A stretch of 64,000 nt of DNA from Eubacteriales bacterium (GCA_050950785.1 JBMNIG010000021.1:88029-152028); one strand, 5' to 3'; counted from the first letter of the stretch, positions 1-10,751 are shown. The notes: generated by a model from the sequence alone, not told the origin. Program-made: numbers and translations.

Positions 1-497
1 AGATCCTCCGACAATTCTTGCTTTTCTTCTTGGCTACGCCCCGGTGTGTCTAAAGCACCGGCTACATCTGATAAGCTTACTTCGGAGGAACCTGCTTCAG
101 ACTGCTCATCATGGTGACCATCTTCGTTCTTATCGTTCTTCTTTCCGAAACCCTTAAAAATCGAGATTTCTGACACAAATAAGTCTCCCTTAATGATTTC
201 TGTCAACTTCTCAATTACCTGTTTTGCGTAGTGATAGTAACCAACGAGCACAACAAGGTCAATACCTGTTTTTACTGATACCTGAACTCCATTGACCTCA
301 ACAGCAACAATGTTCGGGTTCAAATATCCGACCAGATAGGTCGCTGCAAAACAGACGGCTACAATTCCCGCCTTTGTAATCCCTCGCCTAAGCTTAATAT
401 GGCAAAATTCATTTTGAAAAATCGCACTCAGCGATCCGAGTACGATATTGACAGCAATCAAAATCATCAGTCCAAGACCCAAGCTGACAATTTCCAT
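1..497 (-). CDS. Small membrane protein, holin-like; 3' end runs off the window
   Basis: Minus-strand frame is open from the ATG at 495-497 (AAAGGAG about 10 nt upstream) to the window edge. Translation MEIVSLGLGLMILIAVNIVLGSLSAIFQNEF..KAGIVAVCFAATYLVGYL.. shows TM helices followed by a long acidic, charged tail, as in Firmicute phage holins. It is missing from the ORF track because it is open-ended. Confidence 0.4.
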   Translation of the reverse strand, partial: MEIVSLGLGLMILIAVNIVLGSLSAIFQNEFCHIKLRRGITKAGIVAVCFAATYLVGYLNPNIVAVEVNGVQVSVKTGIDLVVLVGYYHYAKQVIEKLTEIIKGDLFVSEISIFKGFGKKNDKNEDGHHDEQSEAGSSEVSLSDVAGALDTPGRSQEEKQELSED

Positions 498-749
498 CTC
501 CGGCACGCTCCTTTCGTCCGGCTAAGTTTTTCTGTCAAGTAACAATAATGGGTCTTTGTCTATTCACAGTGCTGTCCGCACACTGTTCGACAGAATATTA
601 AGGCCTACAGCAGTATATTCACCAACAGACTGTCGTGACAGAAAAAAACATCATAGATGCACCGCACCCGAAATAAAAATATTGTCAAATCCATTGTTCT
701 TTTGTGTGATGGCAGCATATTATGTAGTGATTCGAAAGGAGGTGCTCTA

Positions 750-1121
750 ATGCACAAATCCTGCCGGTTGCGGAATATCATAATCGCGTCCGTAGTAGCG
801 CTGATAGTTACAGCGTTAGGGCTCTTTGGGGCTCTGACAGACCTAAATGTAGTTTACCTTGTAGTACTTGGTATCTCCATATTGTCCCTTGCGCTGGTAG
901 CGTTTTATTCCATGCGTAGAGATCTTCTTCGCACCGATTTTAAGTGCCTTTTATATTCATCCTTTATTGCTATAGCTGCAAGCGTTCTTGGCATCATTAT
1001 AGACATATTGACCATCCTGGAGCTTCCGATTTTGTTTGTGGCAGTAGCCGCAGGAACGCTGGTTTTGATCGCAGTTTTTCAATTTATCAAGTTTATCTCA
1101 CGCCGTGGGGGTTGCTGCTGA
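750..1121 (+). CDS. Hypothetical multi-pass membrane protein
   Basis: Part of ORF 657..1121. AAGGAGG lies 7 nt before the ATG at 750. The product MHKSCRLRNIIIASVVALIVTALG.. is almost entirely hydrophobic helices. No family recognised. Confidence 0.5.
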   Translation: MHKSCRLRNIIIASVVALIVTALGLFGALTDLNVVYLVVLGISILSLALVAFYSMRRDLLRTDFKCLLYSSFIAIAASVLGIIIDILTILELPILFVAVAAGTLVLIAVFQFIKFISRRGGCC

Positions 1122-1234
1122 CCCCACGGCTTACATATTCTCGGCTGTATTGGGTCTCCTAACCGGTATTGACGCATTCCAAAATTAACTTTATAATTAT
1201 AGAGGACATGTGTACCAACGTTGGGAGGATATTG

Positions 1235-1624
1235 ATGAATTGGTTTAGAAACTTTATGTTTGGACGCAACGGTGTTGATCACCTTTCGACAGCTGCCATA
1301 ATATTGGGACTTTTCATATCTTTTGTTGCGTCCTTTTTCCGCAGTCCTCTTTTGCATTTCTTCCCGCTTATACCATATGGATATGGTTTTTTCCGGGTTC
1401 TGTCCCGCAATGTTTCTAAGCGGCAGGCAGAGAACCGGAAATTTCTTTCTTTGTGGTATTCCTCAAAGAACAAATTTAGCAAATGGAAAAACAGAAGTCT
1501 CGACAAAGCTCATAAGTACTTTACCTGTCCCTCATGCAAAGCATCGCTTCGCGTACCTAAGGGCAAAGGAAAAATAGTTATCACCTGCCCCCGATGCAAG
1601 CACGAGATTACCAGAAATACCTAA
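1235..1624 (+). CDS. Membrane protein with C-terminal zinc ribbon
   Basis: Part of ORF 1169..1624. GGGAGG at 1223-1228 precedes the ATG at 1235. One or two TM segments are followed by CPSC..x17..CPRC (TCPSCKASLRVPKGKGKIVITCPRCKHE). Confidence 0.55.
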   Translation: MNWFRNFMFGRNGVDHLSTAAIILGLFISFVASFFRSPLLHFFPLIPYGYGFFRVLSRNVSKRQAENRKFLSLWYSSKNKFSKWKNRSLDKAHKYFTCPSCKASLRVPKGKGKIVITCPRCKHEITRNT

Positions 1625-1648
1625 TATGTGTAGCGGGGGAGAATATAA

Positions 1649-2866
1649 ATGAAGTATGTTGTTATTTTAGGCGACGGGATGGCTGACCGGCCTTTAGATG
1701 AACTTGATGGGAAAACACCCTTAGAAGCGGCCAATATACCTGCTATGGATTTCCTTGCCAGGAACGGAGATGTGGGGCTGGTAAAAACTATTCCCGACGG
1801 AATGAGTCCCGGCTCCGATACTGCAAACCTGTCGGTCCTCGGCTACGACCCTTCCGTCTATTATACAGGCAGATCACCGCTCGAGGCGGTAAGTATGGGT
1901 GTGTCCTTGGGTCCTACAGATGTCGCAATGCGATGCAATCTTGTCACACTGTCCGACGGCTCAGATATTTCAGATACTGTAATGGTGGATTATTCAGCCG
2001 GAGAAATATCAACTGATGAGGCAAGACTCCTCATTAAAACATTGCGCGAATCCTTTCAAACAGAAAAAGTTGATCTGTTCCCCGGGGTAAGCTATCGACA
2101 TTGTCTTGTTCTACGCAATGCTAAAACCGGTAGCAAATGCATACCACCCCACGACATATCCGGCTGTCCTGTAAAGGTACACCTGCCAACCGGTCGATAT
2201 GGAACATTGCTCCTTGAAATGATGGAACGCTCGCGTCAAATCCTGCGCCATCATCCGGTAAATATCTCACGCATGGAAAAAGGGCTCAACCCGGCCAACG
2301 CCTGTTGGTTTTGGGGTGAGGGAACCTCCCCTTCTCTTCCCCTTTTTAGGGACAAGTTTGGGGTTGATGGCTCAGTCATATCAGCTGTAGACCTGGTTAA
2401 AGGAATCGGTATTTGCGCCGGAATGTCGGCACCGGAAATTCCGGGGGCTACCGGGAACATCAACACTAATTTCAGAGGCAAAGCTGATTTTGCCCTTGAA
2501 CAGTTGAACAATGGTGCTGATTTTGTCTTTGTTCATATCGAAGCACCTGATGAGTGCGGTCACCAGGGAAATGCGCGTGAAAAAACACGGGCTATTGAAC
2601 TTATAGATAGTGAGGTTTTGGAAAGAGTCCTTGACGGTCTGAACAAATCAGGCCATGATTACTCTATTTTACTACTGCCCGATCATCCCACTCCTGTGTC
2701 GCTTCGCACACATACGTCCGATGCGGTACCATTTGTTTTATATAGAAGCAAAACAAAGGGTACAAAGCCTGCAGAACGCTACACCGAAAACCTGGCAGGA
2801 AAAACCGGGCTCTATATACCGAAGGGACATAAACTTATGGAGCAACTGATACTTAATAAATTTTGA
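1649..2866 (+). CDS. apgM: Cofactor-independent phosphoglycerate mutase, archaeal ApgM type (metalloenzyme superfamily)
   Basis: 405-aa ORF. The N-terminus MKYVVILGDGMADRPLDELDGKTPLEAANIPAMDFLARNG and the motif HIEAPDECGHQG are typical of the ApgM family. Confidence 0.85.
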   Translation: MKYVVILGDGMADRPLDELDGKTPLEAANIPAMDFLARNGDVGLVKTIPDGMSPGSDTANLSVLGYDPSVYYTGRSPLEAVSMGVSLGPTDVAMRCNLVTLSDGSDISDTVMVDYSAGEISTDEARLLIKTLRESFQTEKVDLFPGVSYRHCLVLRNAKTGSKCIPPHDISGCPVKVHLPTGRYGTLLLEMMERSRQILRHHPVNISRMEKGLNPANACWFWGEGTSPSLPLFRDKFGVDGSVISAVDLVKGIGICAGMSAPEIPGATGNINTNFRGKADFALEQLNNGADFVFVHIEAPDECGHQGNAREKTRAIELIDSEVLERVLDGLNKSGHDYSILLLPDHPTPVSLRTHTSDAVPFVLYRSKTKGTKPAERYTENLAGKTGLYIPKGHKLMEQLILNKF

Positions 2867-2991
2867 TATTATTTAGAAATAGCTGGTTGCTATATTCCAC
2901 TAAAATAATGGTACTAAATAAACGATACACATAGGATATGATTGATTAAAGCTATTTTATCGTTTACCTTTGAAATATGGAGGATTTACAT

Positions 2992-3213
2992 ATGCTCTTC
3001 CGCAAAGATATTGAACCTATGTGCGCCTACTGTCATTACAGCAACAAACTTAGCAATGTTGAACTGTCCTGTAAATATAGAGGAGTCACTCGTGCAAGCG
3101 ATTCCTGCCGTCATTTTAAGTATGAGCCACTCAAGCGAGTTCCTCCAAAACCTGCTAGGCTTGTCACTCGTGGCTTAAGTGACGAAGATTTTAAACTTGA
3201 TGAAAATTTATAG
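2992..3213 (+). CDS. Small cysteine-rich conserved hypothetical protein
   Basis: Part of ORF 2977..3213. GGAGG lies 8 nt before the ATG at 2992. Cys pattern is CAYC..C..C. No family assigned. Confidence 0.45.
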   Translation: MLFRKDIEPMCAYCHYSNKLSNVELSCKYRGVTRASDSCRHFKYEPLKRVPPKPARLVTRGLSDEDFKLDENL

Positions 3214-3264
3214 GACGCAATTATACACAGACTAATTACACACATAGTTTAAGGAGAAGGGGAA

Positions 3265-4911
3265 ATGAACCAACACATAATTAGAAATCCGATCATAGGC
3301 GGCTTTTATCCCGACCCATCAATTTGCCGTGTAGGCAGTGACTTTTATTTGGTCACATCCAGCTTTGAACTGTATCCGGGCATTCCGATCTTTCACAGCA
3401 AGGATTTAGCAAATTGGGAGCAAATCGGGTATGTTATGACTAAATCCAACGGCTTCCACGTTGGAGCTACAACGTATACGGGCGGCGTAATGGCTCCGAC
3501 AATACGTTATCACAAAGGGACATATTATGTTATAAACACAAACTTCGCTGACAGAGGAAACTACATCGTAACCGCAACGGATCCTAAAGGACCTTGGTCG
3601 GAGCCTCATTGGCTCACAGACGTTCCCGGGATCGATGCATCTCTCTACTTTGACGATGACGATAAGGCTTATATTATAGGAACGGGAATGATAGATTCCC
3701 CGGAAAGCGGCAAGAAAGAGCGCGGGATTTATCTTTGTGAATTTGATATTGAGAATATGAAAACAGTTGGGGAGCCAAAAGCTATATGGAATAGTGCTTT
3801 GAGGAATGCAGCTTCACCGGAGGCTCCACATATATATAAGAGAAATGGGTGGTACTACTTGCTTATTGCCGAAGGTGGCACTGAGCATTATCACTCAGTA
3901 ACGATAGCCAGAAGCCGCGATATCTTTGGATGGTATGAAGGCAATCCGGCAAATCCTATTTTGACACACAGGCATTTGGGTTATTACCACCCAATCGACA
4001 ATGTGGGGCATGCTGATCTGGTAGAGCTTGAGGATGGTAGTTGGTATGCGGTATTGCTCGGCTCCAGAATCATCAGCGGTCAGCATAAAAACCTTGGTCG
4101 AGAAACCTATATTGTCCCTGTTACCTGGGAGCGTGACTGGCCCCTCTTTAGTCCCGGAAGTGGAAAAGTCGAATGGACGTATCCCGCTCCACGATCACTA
4201 CCTTGGAATGTGTATCCACCGGAAATTGGGTTTGACGACTTTGACAAAGAGACGCTTGAGCTGCCATGGAGCTTCTGGGGAACGCCATATCAAGATTTCT
4301 GGTCGTTACATGATAGCGTGCTGGAACTGAAACTATTGCCCAGACCACTCGTGCGCCCTATGAAGAGGATCACAGTTGGAAAATTACCTGAAAAAGTATA
4401 TGACGATAACGTAAGCCTTATTGGCAGGCGTCAGCGTCACACCAGCTATACAGTAATGGCTAAAATGAAGTTTGATCCGAAAACTGAACACGAAACTGCC
4501 GGGCTGGTTGTTATGCAGGCATGCAATCACATGTTTAGAATTGAACGCACTATATCAGAAGGCAAAAAGGTGATCCGTTTTGTGCTGGTTACCACCGAAG
4601 TCAACACTTATCCTCATATGCCAAATTTCTCAGCCAAAACAACAGAAACAGTGATGGCGGAAAGAGAATATGACAGTAACATCGTTGTAATCAAAATAAC
4701 TGCCGATCTGCAGGACCACAGTTTTTATTTTGGCCCTGACCAGGACAATTTGACATGTCTCTACGAAAACGCCGATGGCAGAGCAATAAATCCTGAGAAC
4801 ATTGGCGGAATGGTCGGAACTATAATTGGCATGTTCGCAAGCTCTAATGACACCGAAAGCAACAACTCTGTATGCTTTGACTGGTTTTTATATACCGGCA
4901 GTGATAATTAA
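3265..4911 (+). CDS. Glycoside hydrolase family 43 (beta-xylosidase / alpha-L-arabinofuranosidase type)
   Basis: 548-aa ORF. NPIIGGFYPDPSICRVGSDFYLVTSSFELYPGIPIFHSKDLANWEQIGYV is the canonical GH43 N-terminal propeller signature. A C-terminal beta-sandwich domain follows. RBS is AAGGAGAAGGGG. Confidence 0.85.
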   Translation: MNQHIIRNPIIGGFYPDPSICRVGSDFYLVTSSFELYPGIPIFHSKDLANWEQIGYVMTKSNGFHVGATTYTGGVMAPTIRYHKGTYYVINTNFADRGNYIVTATDPKGPWSEPHWLTDVPGIDASLYFDDDDKAYIIGTGMIDSPESGKKERGIYLCEFDIENMKTVGEPKAIWNSALRNAASPEAPHIYKRNGWYYLLIAEGGTEHYHSVTIARSRDIFGWYEGNPANPILTHRHLGYYHPIDNVGHADLVELEDGSWYAVLLGSRIISGQHKNLGRETYIVPVTWERDWPLFSPGSGKVEWTYPAPRSLPWNVYPPEIGFDDFDKETLELPWSFWGTPYQDFWSLHDSVLELKLLPRPLVRPMKRITVGKLPEKVYDDNVSLIGRRQRHTSYTVMAKMKFDPKTEHETAGLVVMQACNHMFRIERTISEGKKVIRFVLVTTEVNTYPHMPNFSAKTTETVMAEREYDSNIVVIKITADLQDHSFYFGPDQDNLTCLYENADGRAINPENIGGMVGTIIGMFASSNDTESNNSVCFDWFLYTGSDN

Positions 4912-4932
4912 TAAAATAAAGGAGATGTAACT

Positions 4933-5757
4933 ATGAGTAAGCTTCCTGTGGCGCTTCAAGTATATTCGGTCAGGGATGAGGCCGAAAGAGATTTTCGGGG
5001 CACAATGAAAAAAGTTAAGGAAATCGGTTACGATGGCGTTGAGCTGGCCGGCCTATATGGCTTGACTCCGTCAGAAATCAAATCTGTTCTAAATGAGCTC
5101 GATCTTATTCCGGTTTCCGCCCATGTTCCTTACGATGAACTGGTAGACGATACCGAAAAAGTTATCAGAGACTACAAGGAAATTGGATGCGAGTATATAG
5201 CTGTGCCATATATGACTGAGGATACGCGTCCTAACACTCCTAAATTCCCTGAGGTCATTGAGCAAATAACAAGGATCGGCCGCCTATGCAAAGACAATGG
5301 TATTACGCTGCTTTATCATAACCACGATTTTGAATTTGTGAAAATGCCGGACGGCAGCTACGGTCTCGACTATCTCTACGATCATGTACCGGCAGATTTG
5401 CTGCAAACTGAACTGGACACCTGCTGGGTCAAGGTAGCCGGTGAAGACCCCGTTGCTTACATTGAGAAATATTCGGGGCGCAGTCCGGTAGTTCACCTAA
5501 AAGACTTTTATATTGAAGGAAATCCAACAAAACTCTATGAACTCATCGGTATTGAATCGGAAGAAAAGCAGGAAGACAGTGGTTATTTCGAGTTCCGTCC
5601 AGTAGGGCACGGCATGCAGGATATGCCTTCGATTTTAGAAGCTGCGCTGAAGGCAGGTGCCAAGTGGGTTGTGGTTGAACAAGACGAGTCTGTTGGCCGT
5701 CCACGTTTAGAAGCAGTTGAGATGAGCCGCAAATATCTCCAATCCCTTGGTTGGTAG
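4933..5757 (+). CDS. Sugar phosphate isomerase/epimerase (xylose-isomerase-like TIM barrel)
   Basis: 274-aa ORF with RBS AAGGAG. The sequence is typical of the AP_endonuc_2 / TIM-barrel family (YDGVELAG.., HNHDFEF, TELDTCW). Confidence 0.8.
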   Translation: MSKLPVALQVYSVRDEAERDFRGTMKKVKEIGYDGVELAGLYGLTPSEIKSVLNELDLIPVSAHVPYDELVDDTEKVIRDYKEIGCEYIAVPYMTEDTRPNTPKFPEVIEQITRIGRLCKDNGITLLYHNHDFEFVKMPDGSYGLDYLYDHVPADLLQTELDTCWVKVAGEDPVAYIEKYSGRSPVVHLKDFYIEGNPTKLYELIGIESEEKQEDSGYFEFRPVGHGMQDMPSILEAALKAGAKWVVVEQDESVGRPRLEAVEMSRKYLQSLGW

Positions 5758-5796
5758 TCACTGATAAGGCTTGTGTATAATTTATTCAGGAAAACA

Positions 5797-5832
5797 AGCA
5801 GGTAGCGAAACCTAAAAAGGTCGCTACCTGCT
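5797..5832. terminator. Bidirectional intrinsic terminator hairpin between convergent genes
   Basis: 12-bp perfect stem AGCAGGTAGCGA / TCGCTACCTGCT. On the minus strand it is followed by TTGTTTTCC. Confidence 0.6.
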
Positions 5833-5884
5833 CGAATTTAATAATCGATTACTACTCTCAAATCATGCTTTAATTCTCGGAGCT

Positions 5885-6700
5885 CTAAAAAGGATTACCT
5901 GCGTAATCTTTGTCAAGTCCAAAGAATTTGAGCGCATGTTGGATTGTCAAATCCCAAAATCTCCATTCATGGTGATATCCGGGAATCTCTTCAAATTCAG
6001 CTTCAAGTCCGATCTCTTCTGCGTACTGCCTGAACTTTTTAAAGCTGTCGTATAGAAAATCCTCTGTGCCGCAGGCAAAGTACAGCCTGGGCAAATTACC
6101 CTTGCTGACTGAACGTGCAAGAATTTCCCAAGAATTTTCATAGGAGTTTATGTATGCATCCAATCCGCCGGCGTTCATAATCGACACTTTTGTACGCTGG
6201 GGTGCTGTCTCCATATCGATTTCCCGCAGGTTTCTTGGACATGAGGAAAGGATGGCTGCCGCTGCAAATTTATCCGGATGGTTGACGGCATATTTTATCG
6301 TTCCACCACCACCCATGGAAAGACCTGCAATGAAATTGTCTTCACGTTTGTCGGAGGCGGGGAACCAGTTATAAATCAGCGGCATAAGCTCTTCTGTCAG
6401 AAAGTCAAACATGGAATAACCTGTTCCAAAATTCGGCCAGTTCGAATAGTTGCTGTTCATTGCGCTTGGCATTACTACTATAAGATCTTTTTCGCAAGCG
6501 TACAGTTCAATGTTGGATTTTCGCACCCAGTCTGTGTGGTCACCGAAAGTACCGTGCAGGAGCCACAGCACCTTGTACTTCTGTCCACTACCGTAGAAAT
6601 CCTTCGGGTGCATATTCCTGGGTTTATCAGGAAGTATGATGCTAAATTCGTAGTTGTTCCCTAAATACTGACTTTCAAAGTTCATACGGACCAAAGACAT
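5885..6700 (-). CDS. Esterase family protein (alpha/beta hydrolase, putative xylan/feruloyl esterase type)
   Basis: 271-aa ORF with the nucleophile-elbow motif GLSMGG and the LWLLHG motif of the putative-esterase (esterase D-like) family. Confidence 0.75.
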   Translation of the reverse strand: MSLVRMNFESQYLGNNYEFSIILPDKPRNMHPKDFYGSGQKYKVLWLLHGTFGDHTDWVRKSNIELYACEKDLIVVMPSAMNSNYSNWPNFGTGYSMFDFLTEELMPLIYNWFPASDKREDNFIAGLSMGGGGTIKYAVNHPDKFAAAAILSSCPRNLREIDMETAPQRTKVSIMNAGGLDAYINSYENSWEILARSVSKGNLPRLYFACGTEDFLYDSFKKFRQYAEEIGLEAEFEEIPGYHHEWRFWDLTIQHALKFFGLDKDYAGNPF

Positions 6701-6920
6701 TTCTATATCCCCTCTCTTTAGTATATTAGTTGTCTTTTACATTAGTATATCACATGAGTGATAACTGTCAATAATTAGCATCTTAAGTTTTTATTAAGTT
6801 TAACTAAAGTTTGCAGCAAGAAAGAAAATGGGATCTTCTGAAAATCAACAACCATTATGTACTTTTAGGCATATTAGTTCCATTTCATACACCACAATTG
6901 TCATATGAGAGCTATCACAC

Positions 6921-6964
6921 CAAAAAAATACTCAGGTAGAAAGTTATATTTTCCACCTGAGTAT
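6921..6964 (-). terminator. Intrinsic terminator downstream of the GH78 gene
   Basis: Stem TACTCAGGT / ACCTGAGTA (6929-6937 / 6955-6963). On the minus strand it is followed by a U7 tract (A run at 6922-6928 on plus). Confidence 0.65.
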
Positions 6965-7023
6965 TCATTTTTGCTTATGAGTCTAACCCTATTTTCAATG
7001 ATTTACATAAATTCCATGTGAAG

Positions 7024-10000
7024 TTATTTTACTTGAGCTGCAAAGACATAAGCACCGCTCTGCGCCTCGATAACATAGCCATCATCCGCAGAATCAACTC
7101 TTACTGCAGACTCATCCCCTGATTGGATTACGCAAGAAGCTGCACTCCTGAGATATATAGTAGCAGAGGTGTTAGTCGGAATTGTTACAGTGTAGGTTAC
7201 TTTGTCGCCATCCCTTTGCCATGCACACTCAATACGGCCGTAGACAGAGTCATAATGACCCTTTGCAAAATCAAAGGATTCCATATATGGACGAAGGATG
7301 AAATGCTTGTATCCCGGATCATTTTCGTCCGGCATAATACCTAAAACGTATCCGTACATCCACGCTCCAACCGCACCCAGAGAGTAGTGATTGAATGAAT
7401 TCATATTGTTGTTGCCACCGAAACCGTTTTCTACGGTGTAAGAATTCCAGCGTTCCCAGATCGTCGTGGCTCCCTGGGTGATCGAATACAACCATGACGG
7501 ATAATTTGTCTGTCGGATAAGTCTGAATGCTGCTTGAGAATATCCCCCATCACAAAGTGCCGGGTTCAGAGGTCCGGTCCCAAGGAAACCGGTAGTTACG
7601 GTGTACCCTGTTTCCTCTGTTTTTCTCGCAAGATTTCTATACGCTCTTTGCTCATTTTCTTTATCAAAGATCCCGTAGAAAAGTGGCAATGCGTACGAGC
7701 ACTGTGTATCGTTGATTGTACCGTCGGCCCGTCTTGTCTTTCCGGTTTCCGGGTCAACAAAAGTTTCGTTCCAGTGAGAGCGTATCTCCTCGAAGAGTTT
7801 TCTGTATTCGGCGGCCTCGTCATCATAACCCAGGATAGCGGCAACTTGAGAGACGATCCTTACATCATAAGCAAAGATTGCATTCCAAATCAAATTGTTA
7901 TCGGTACTCATGTCGGTTGCAAGCCAATCTCCCAAAGGACCGACATTCAATAGTCCCGGCCAGCCACGGCTCTTGAGGTATTCAATATATGCCTTCATCG
8001 CATCATAGTTTTCTTCAAGAATATTGCGGTCACCGTATTGACGATATATTTCCCACGGTACAATGATACCGGCGCTTTCCCACGCAATTCCTCCAAATCC
8101 ACCGCCCACGGGGGCAATGTTTGGATACTGTCCTTTTTCGGTTTGGAGGTCGCGCATAGCCTGGATATAACGTCTAAAGAAACTTCTGACATCGGCATTG
8201 TATCCTGCTGTGCGGGCAAATACCTCCGCATCCCCTCCCCATCCCATACGTTCATTGCGCTGGGGACAGTCTGTAGGGATACTGATGAAATTCGCATACT
8301 GCGACCATGTGATGTTTTCAAACAGCTTATTTACTAGTGGGTCAGATGTTTCAAAGCTGCCTGTTAGCTCTCCAAGGGAACTGAGTACCACGCCCTCAAC
8401 ATCCGACAGTGCCGGTGGCTCAGATACGCCCGATACTTCAATATATCTGTATCCGTGAAACGTAAATCGCGGCATGTAAACTTCGCCATCCGGGTCTCCC
8501 CTAAATATATATTTGTCTATATTCATGGCGTCCCGAAGGTTCTCAGTCAATATCATCCCGTCAAGATCTCCGTATTCCGGAAGTTTGGGATATAGAACCT
8601 CCCCATATCGGAGCACAGCCATCGAACCGCGCTGTCCCTTTAACGTGATTTGCGGTACACCCGCCATGTTCTGTCCCATGTCGTATACATACACACCCGG
8701 TATCGGCTCCGTCATTGACTTTGCACGTATAGTCTTTACAACACGTACCGGTCTGCCTATCTGTCCAATAATGTCCGGTTCAGTATGATTAGGCGCCGGC
8801 CATCCCCTACCGGGAAAACCACCCGCAGAGGCTTCATCCGGCATAGCCACCGGCTCTATTTCAACAGGTGCAGTCCACATGCTATCATCATAGTCAGCGC
8901 AGCTAAAACGAGCAAACTCCTCGGCCTTTATCGCATTGTAGTGCTCACCATGAAAGAAGCTGGCATATGTTACAGGGCCCTCCCCGCTGTATTTCCAATT
9001 CTCAATATCCGTCGTATACACTTTCTGAGAACCATCACTGTAACTCAAAACCACCTTTGCCAGCAATGAAGGTCGGTCGCCCCAATAATTATAGTTCATA
9101 AGTGTAAAGGTCTGTGAATCGCTCCACCAACCTGATGCAAGATAGAACCCAACAGCATTTTCACCTGTTTTCATCATTTGAGTTATGTCGTAGGTTTGAT
9201 ATAACAGGTGTTTGTCATACTGGGTCGCACCGGGATTGAACCAGTCCTCTCCCAGCTTTTCACCATTTATATGACACTCATATATTCCTCTTGCCGTTAC
9301 ATATAGGCGTGCCGACTTAAGGTCGTCCTTTGCAGGAATTACTGTTCTCAACATTGGGATCGATGTATGACTTGGATCGATAAGGTATTTACACCCGCTC
9401 TCTCCACCTGCCAGCGGAGACGCAAAACGGCTGTCCTCATCATTGCGTTCCTCAAAAAGTACAGCTCTTGGCTCACGTATGTTTTGAACTGTCAGCCGCC
9501 TGACCTCAAGATTGCCCTGTGCAGGCACATTAAAACCGATATGTCCTAAAACAGGATAAGTAGGAACATCGTTTGACCCCACCGGATTGAGCTGCCGCGG
9601 CCTCTCAATGATCATTGGTGGTGCATCTTTTGGCGGAGTTTGGCCGCCTGGCATTCCACGCATTTTGAATTCCTGGAATATGACATCCACGCGCTTTCCA
9701 TCAACATATGTATATGCACCGTTGCCAACCACCTCTATGCGAATGGTGTGGGGTTGGTGCCTATTTTCTTTATCAATAACAGGTTTTCCGGTATCGACAT
9801 CAACTATATCAAGCTCTGCAAAGGGCTTATCGGCACTGTCTTCCGGGCAATAGCCAACTCTATATATCAACAGCTTTGCAGGATCGGTTGAGATGTCGAT
9901 CCTATATTCTATAAAATTTTCGCCCGAGATAAGATGGTCGTTTTTTGAACGATCAAGTAGTCGCGGATCATTTGCACCGAAGATTATGCCTGCACCTGTA

Positions 10001-10458
10001 CTGCCCTCTGGTATGCGGATTTCCGATTCAATGGCAAAAATACGCTGCACTTCCGCGCACAGGGAGTTTTTCGGTGGGCCTATCCATTTTGCGCCATCCC
10101 ATGCTGCAGCAGTCGGATCCATCAGTCCTGTTTCAAAATACGTTTGGGATTGGCAAGCAGGCGCTTCATTCGTAGGTGATGCTGAACATGTATCATCCCA
10201 TATTTGTAGTGTGCAAAAATAACGGGTACAAGGTTTAAGATCAACACCTCCATATGGTATTTCTATTGACCGGTCAGTCATAACGATACCGCTATCCCAG
10301 ACATCAAAACCATCCTGGGTCGATCCAACTATTATGCGATATGCGATTTGCTTGGCACCATATCTGTCAGATGATAACTTCCAGCCAAATCGAGGTTTTT
10401 CACGATCCAGACCTATTGGCTCTATCTCATGCTCAATAGTAAAATCAAAAATCCTCAT
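7024..10458 (-). CDS. Alpha-L-rhamnosidase, glycoside hydrolase family 78 (large multidomain form)
   Basis: 1144-aa ORF. The N-terminus RIFDFTIEHEIEPIGLDREKPRFGWKL and the central FHGYRYIEV / TDCPQRNERMGWGGD motifs are typical of the Bac_rhamnosid family. Confidence 0.85.
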   Translation of the reverse strand: MRIFDFTIEHEIEPIGLDREKPRFGWKLSSDRYGAKQIAYRIIVGSTQDGFDVWDSGIVMTDRSIEIPYGGVDLKPCTRYFCTLQIWDDTCSASPTNEAPACQSQTYFETGLMDPTAAAWDGAKWIGPPKNSLCAEVQRIFAIESEIRIPEGSTGAGIIFGANDPRLLDRSKNDHLISGENFIEYRIDISTDPAKLLIYRVGYCPEDSADKPFAELDIVDVDTGKPVIDKENRHQPHTIRIEVVGNGAYTYVDGKRVDVIFQEFKMRGMPGGQTPPKDAPPMIIERPRQLNPVGSNDVPTYPVLGHIGFNVPAQGNLEVRRLTVQNIREPRAVLFEERNDEDSRFASPLAGGESGCKYLIDPSHTSIPMLRTVIPAKDDLKSARLYVTARGIYECHINGEKLGEDWFNPGATQYDKHLLYQTYDITQMMKTGENAVGFYLASGWWSDSQTFTLMNYNYWGDRPSLLAKVVLSYSDGSQKVYTTDIENWKYSGEGPVTYASFFHGEHYNAIKAEEFARFSCADYDDSMWTAPVEIEPVAMPDEASAGGFPGRGWPAPNHTEPDIIGQIGRPVRVVKTIRAKSMTEPIPGVYVYDMGQNMAGVPQITLKGQRGSMAVLRYGEVLYPKLPEYGDLDGMILTENLRDAMNIDKYIFRGDPDGEVYMPRFTFHGYRYIEVSGVSEPPALSDVEGVVLSSLGELTGSFETSDPLVNKLFENITWSQYANFISIPTDCPQRNERMGWGGDAEVFARTAGYNADVRSFFRRYIQAMRDLQTEKGQYPNIAPVGGGFGGIAWESAGIIVPWEIYRQYGDRNILEENYDAMKAYIEYLKSRGWPGLLNVGPLGDWLATDMSTDNNLIWNAIFAYDVRIVSQVAAILGYDDEAAEYRKLFEEIRSHWNETFVDPETGKTRRADGTINDTQCSYALPLFYGIFDKENEQRAYRNLARKTEETGYTVTTGFLGTGPLNPALCDGGYSQAAFRLIRQTNYPSWLYSITQGATTIWERWNSYTVENGFGGNNNMNSFNHYSLGAVGAWMYGYVLGIMPDENDPGYKHFILRPYMESFDFAKGHYDSVYGRIECAWQRDGDKVTYTVTIPTNTSATIYLRSAASCVIQSGDESAVRVDSADDGYVIEAQSGAYVFAAQVK

Positions 10459-10751
10459 ATTTCCTCCTATAAAATGTAGTTTTATAGCTTTTTATATCAT
10501 TCTATACTATTTTAAGGACAAACACTATATCGATAACCAGAAACTTGATCGTGCTTTTACACGTTTTCCAAGGTTGATGCACTCACGCCGTTTAATGCAT
10601 TCGTTGTGAATCCAGCGTGATTCAGATGATCCATACATTTCAGCCACGACTTTAGTGATTCCAAGAAGCGATGGTTTTTTTATGGCGGTGATAAATTAGC
10701 TCTGCAGCTAAATCAACTACAGAGCTTATTATCACAAATAATGGCTCGTAT

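Noticed and set aside
1102-1130. 9-bp GC-rich hairpin (GCCGTGGGG / CCCCACGGC) as a terminator for the membrane-protein gene
   Set aside because: The stem overlaps the stop codon and no U-tract follows. It may be structural, but it is not a convincing intrinsic terminator.
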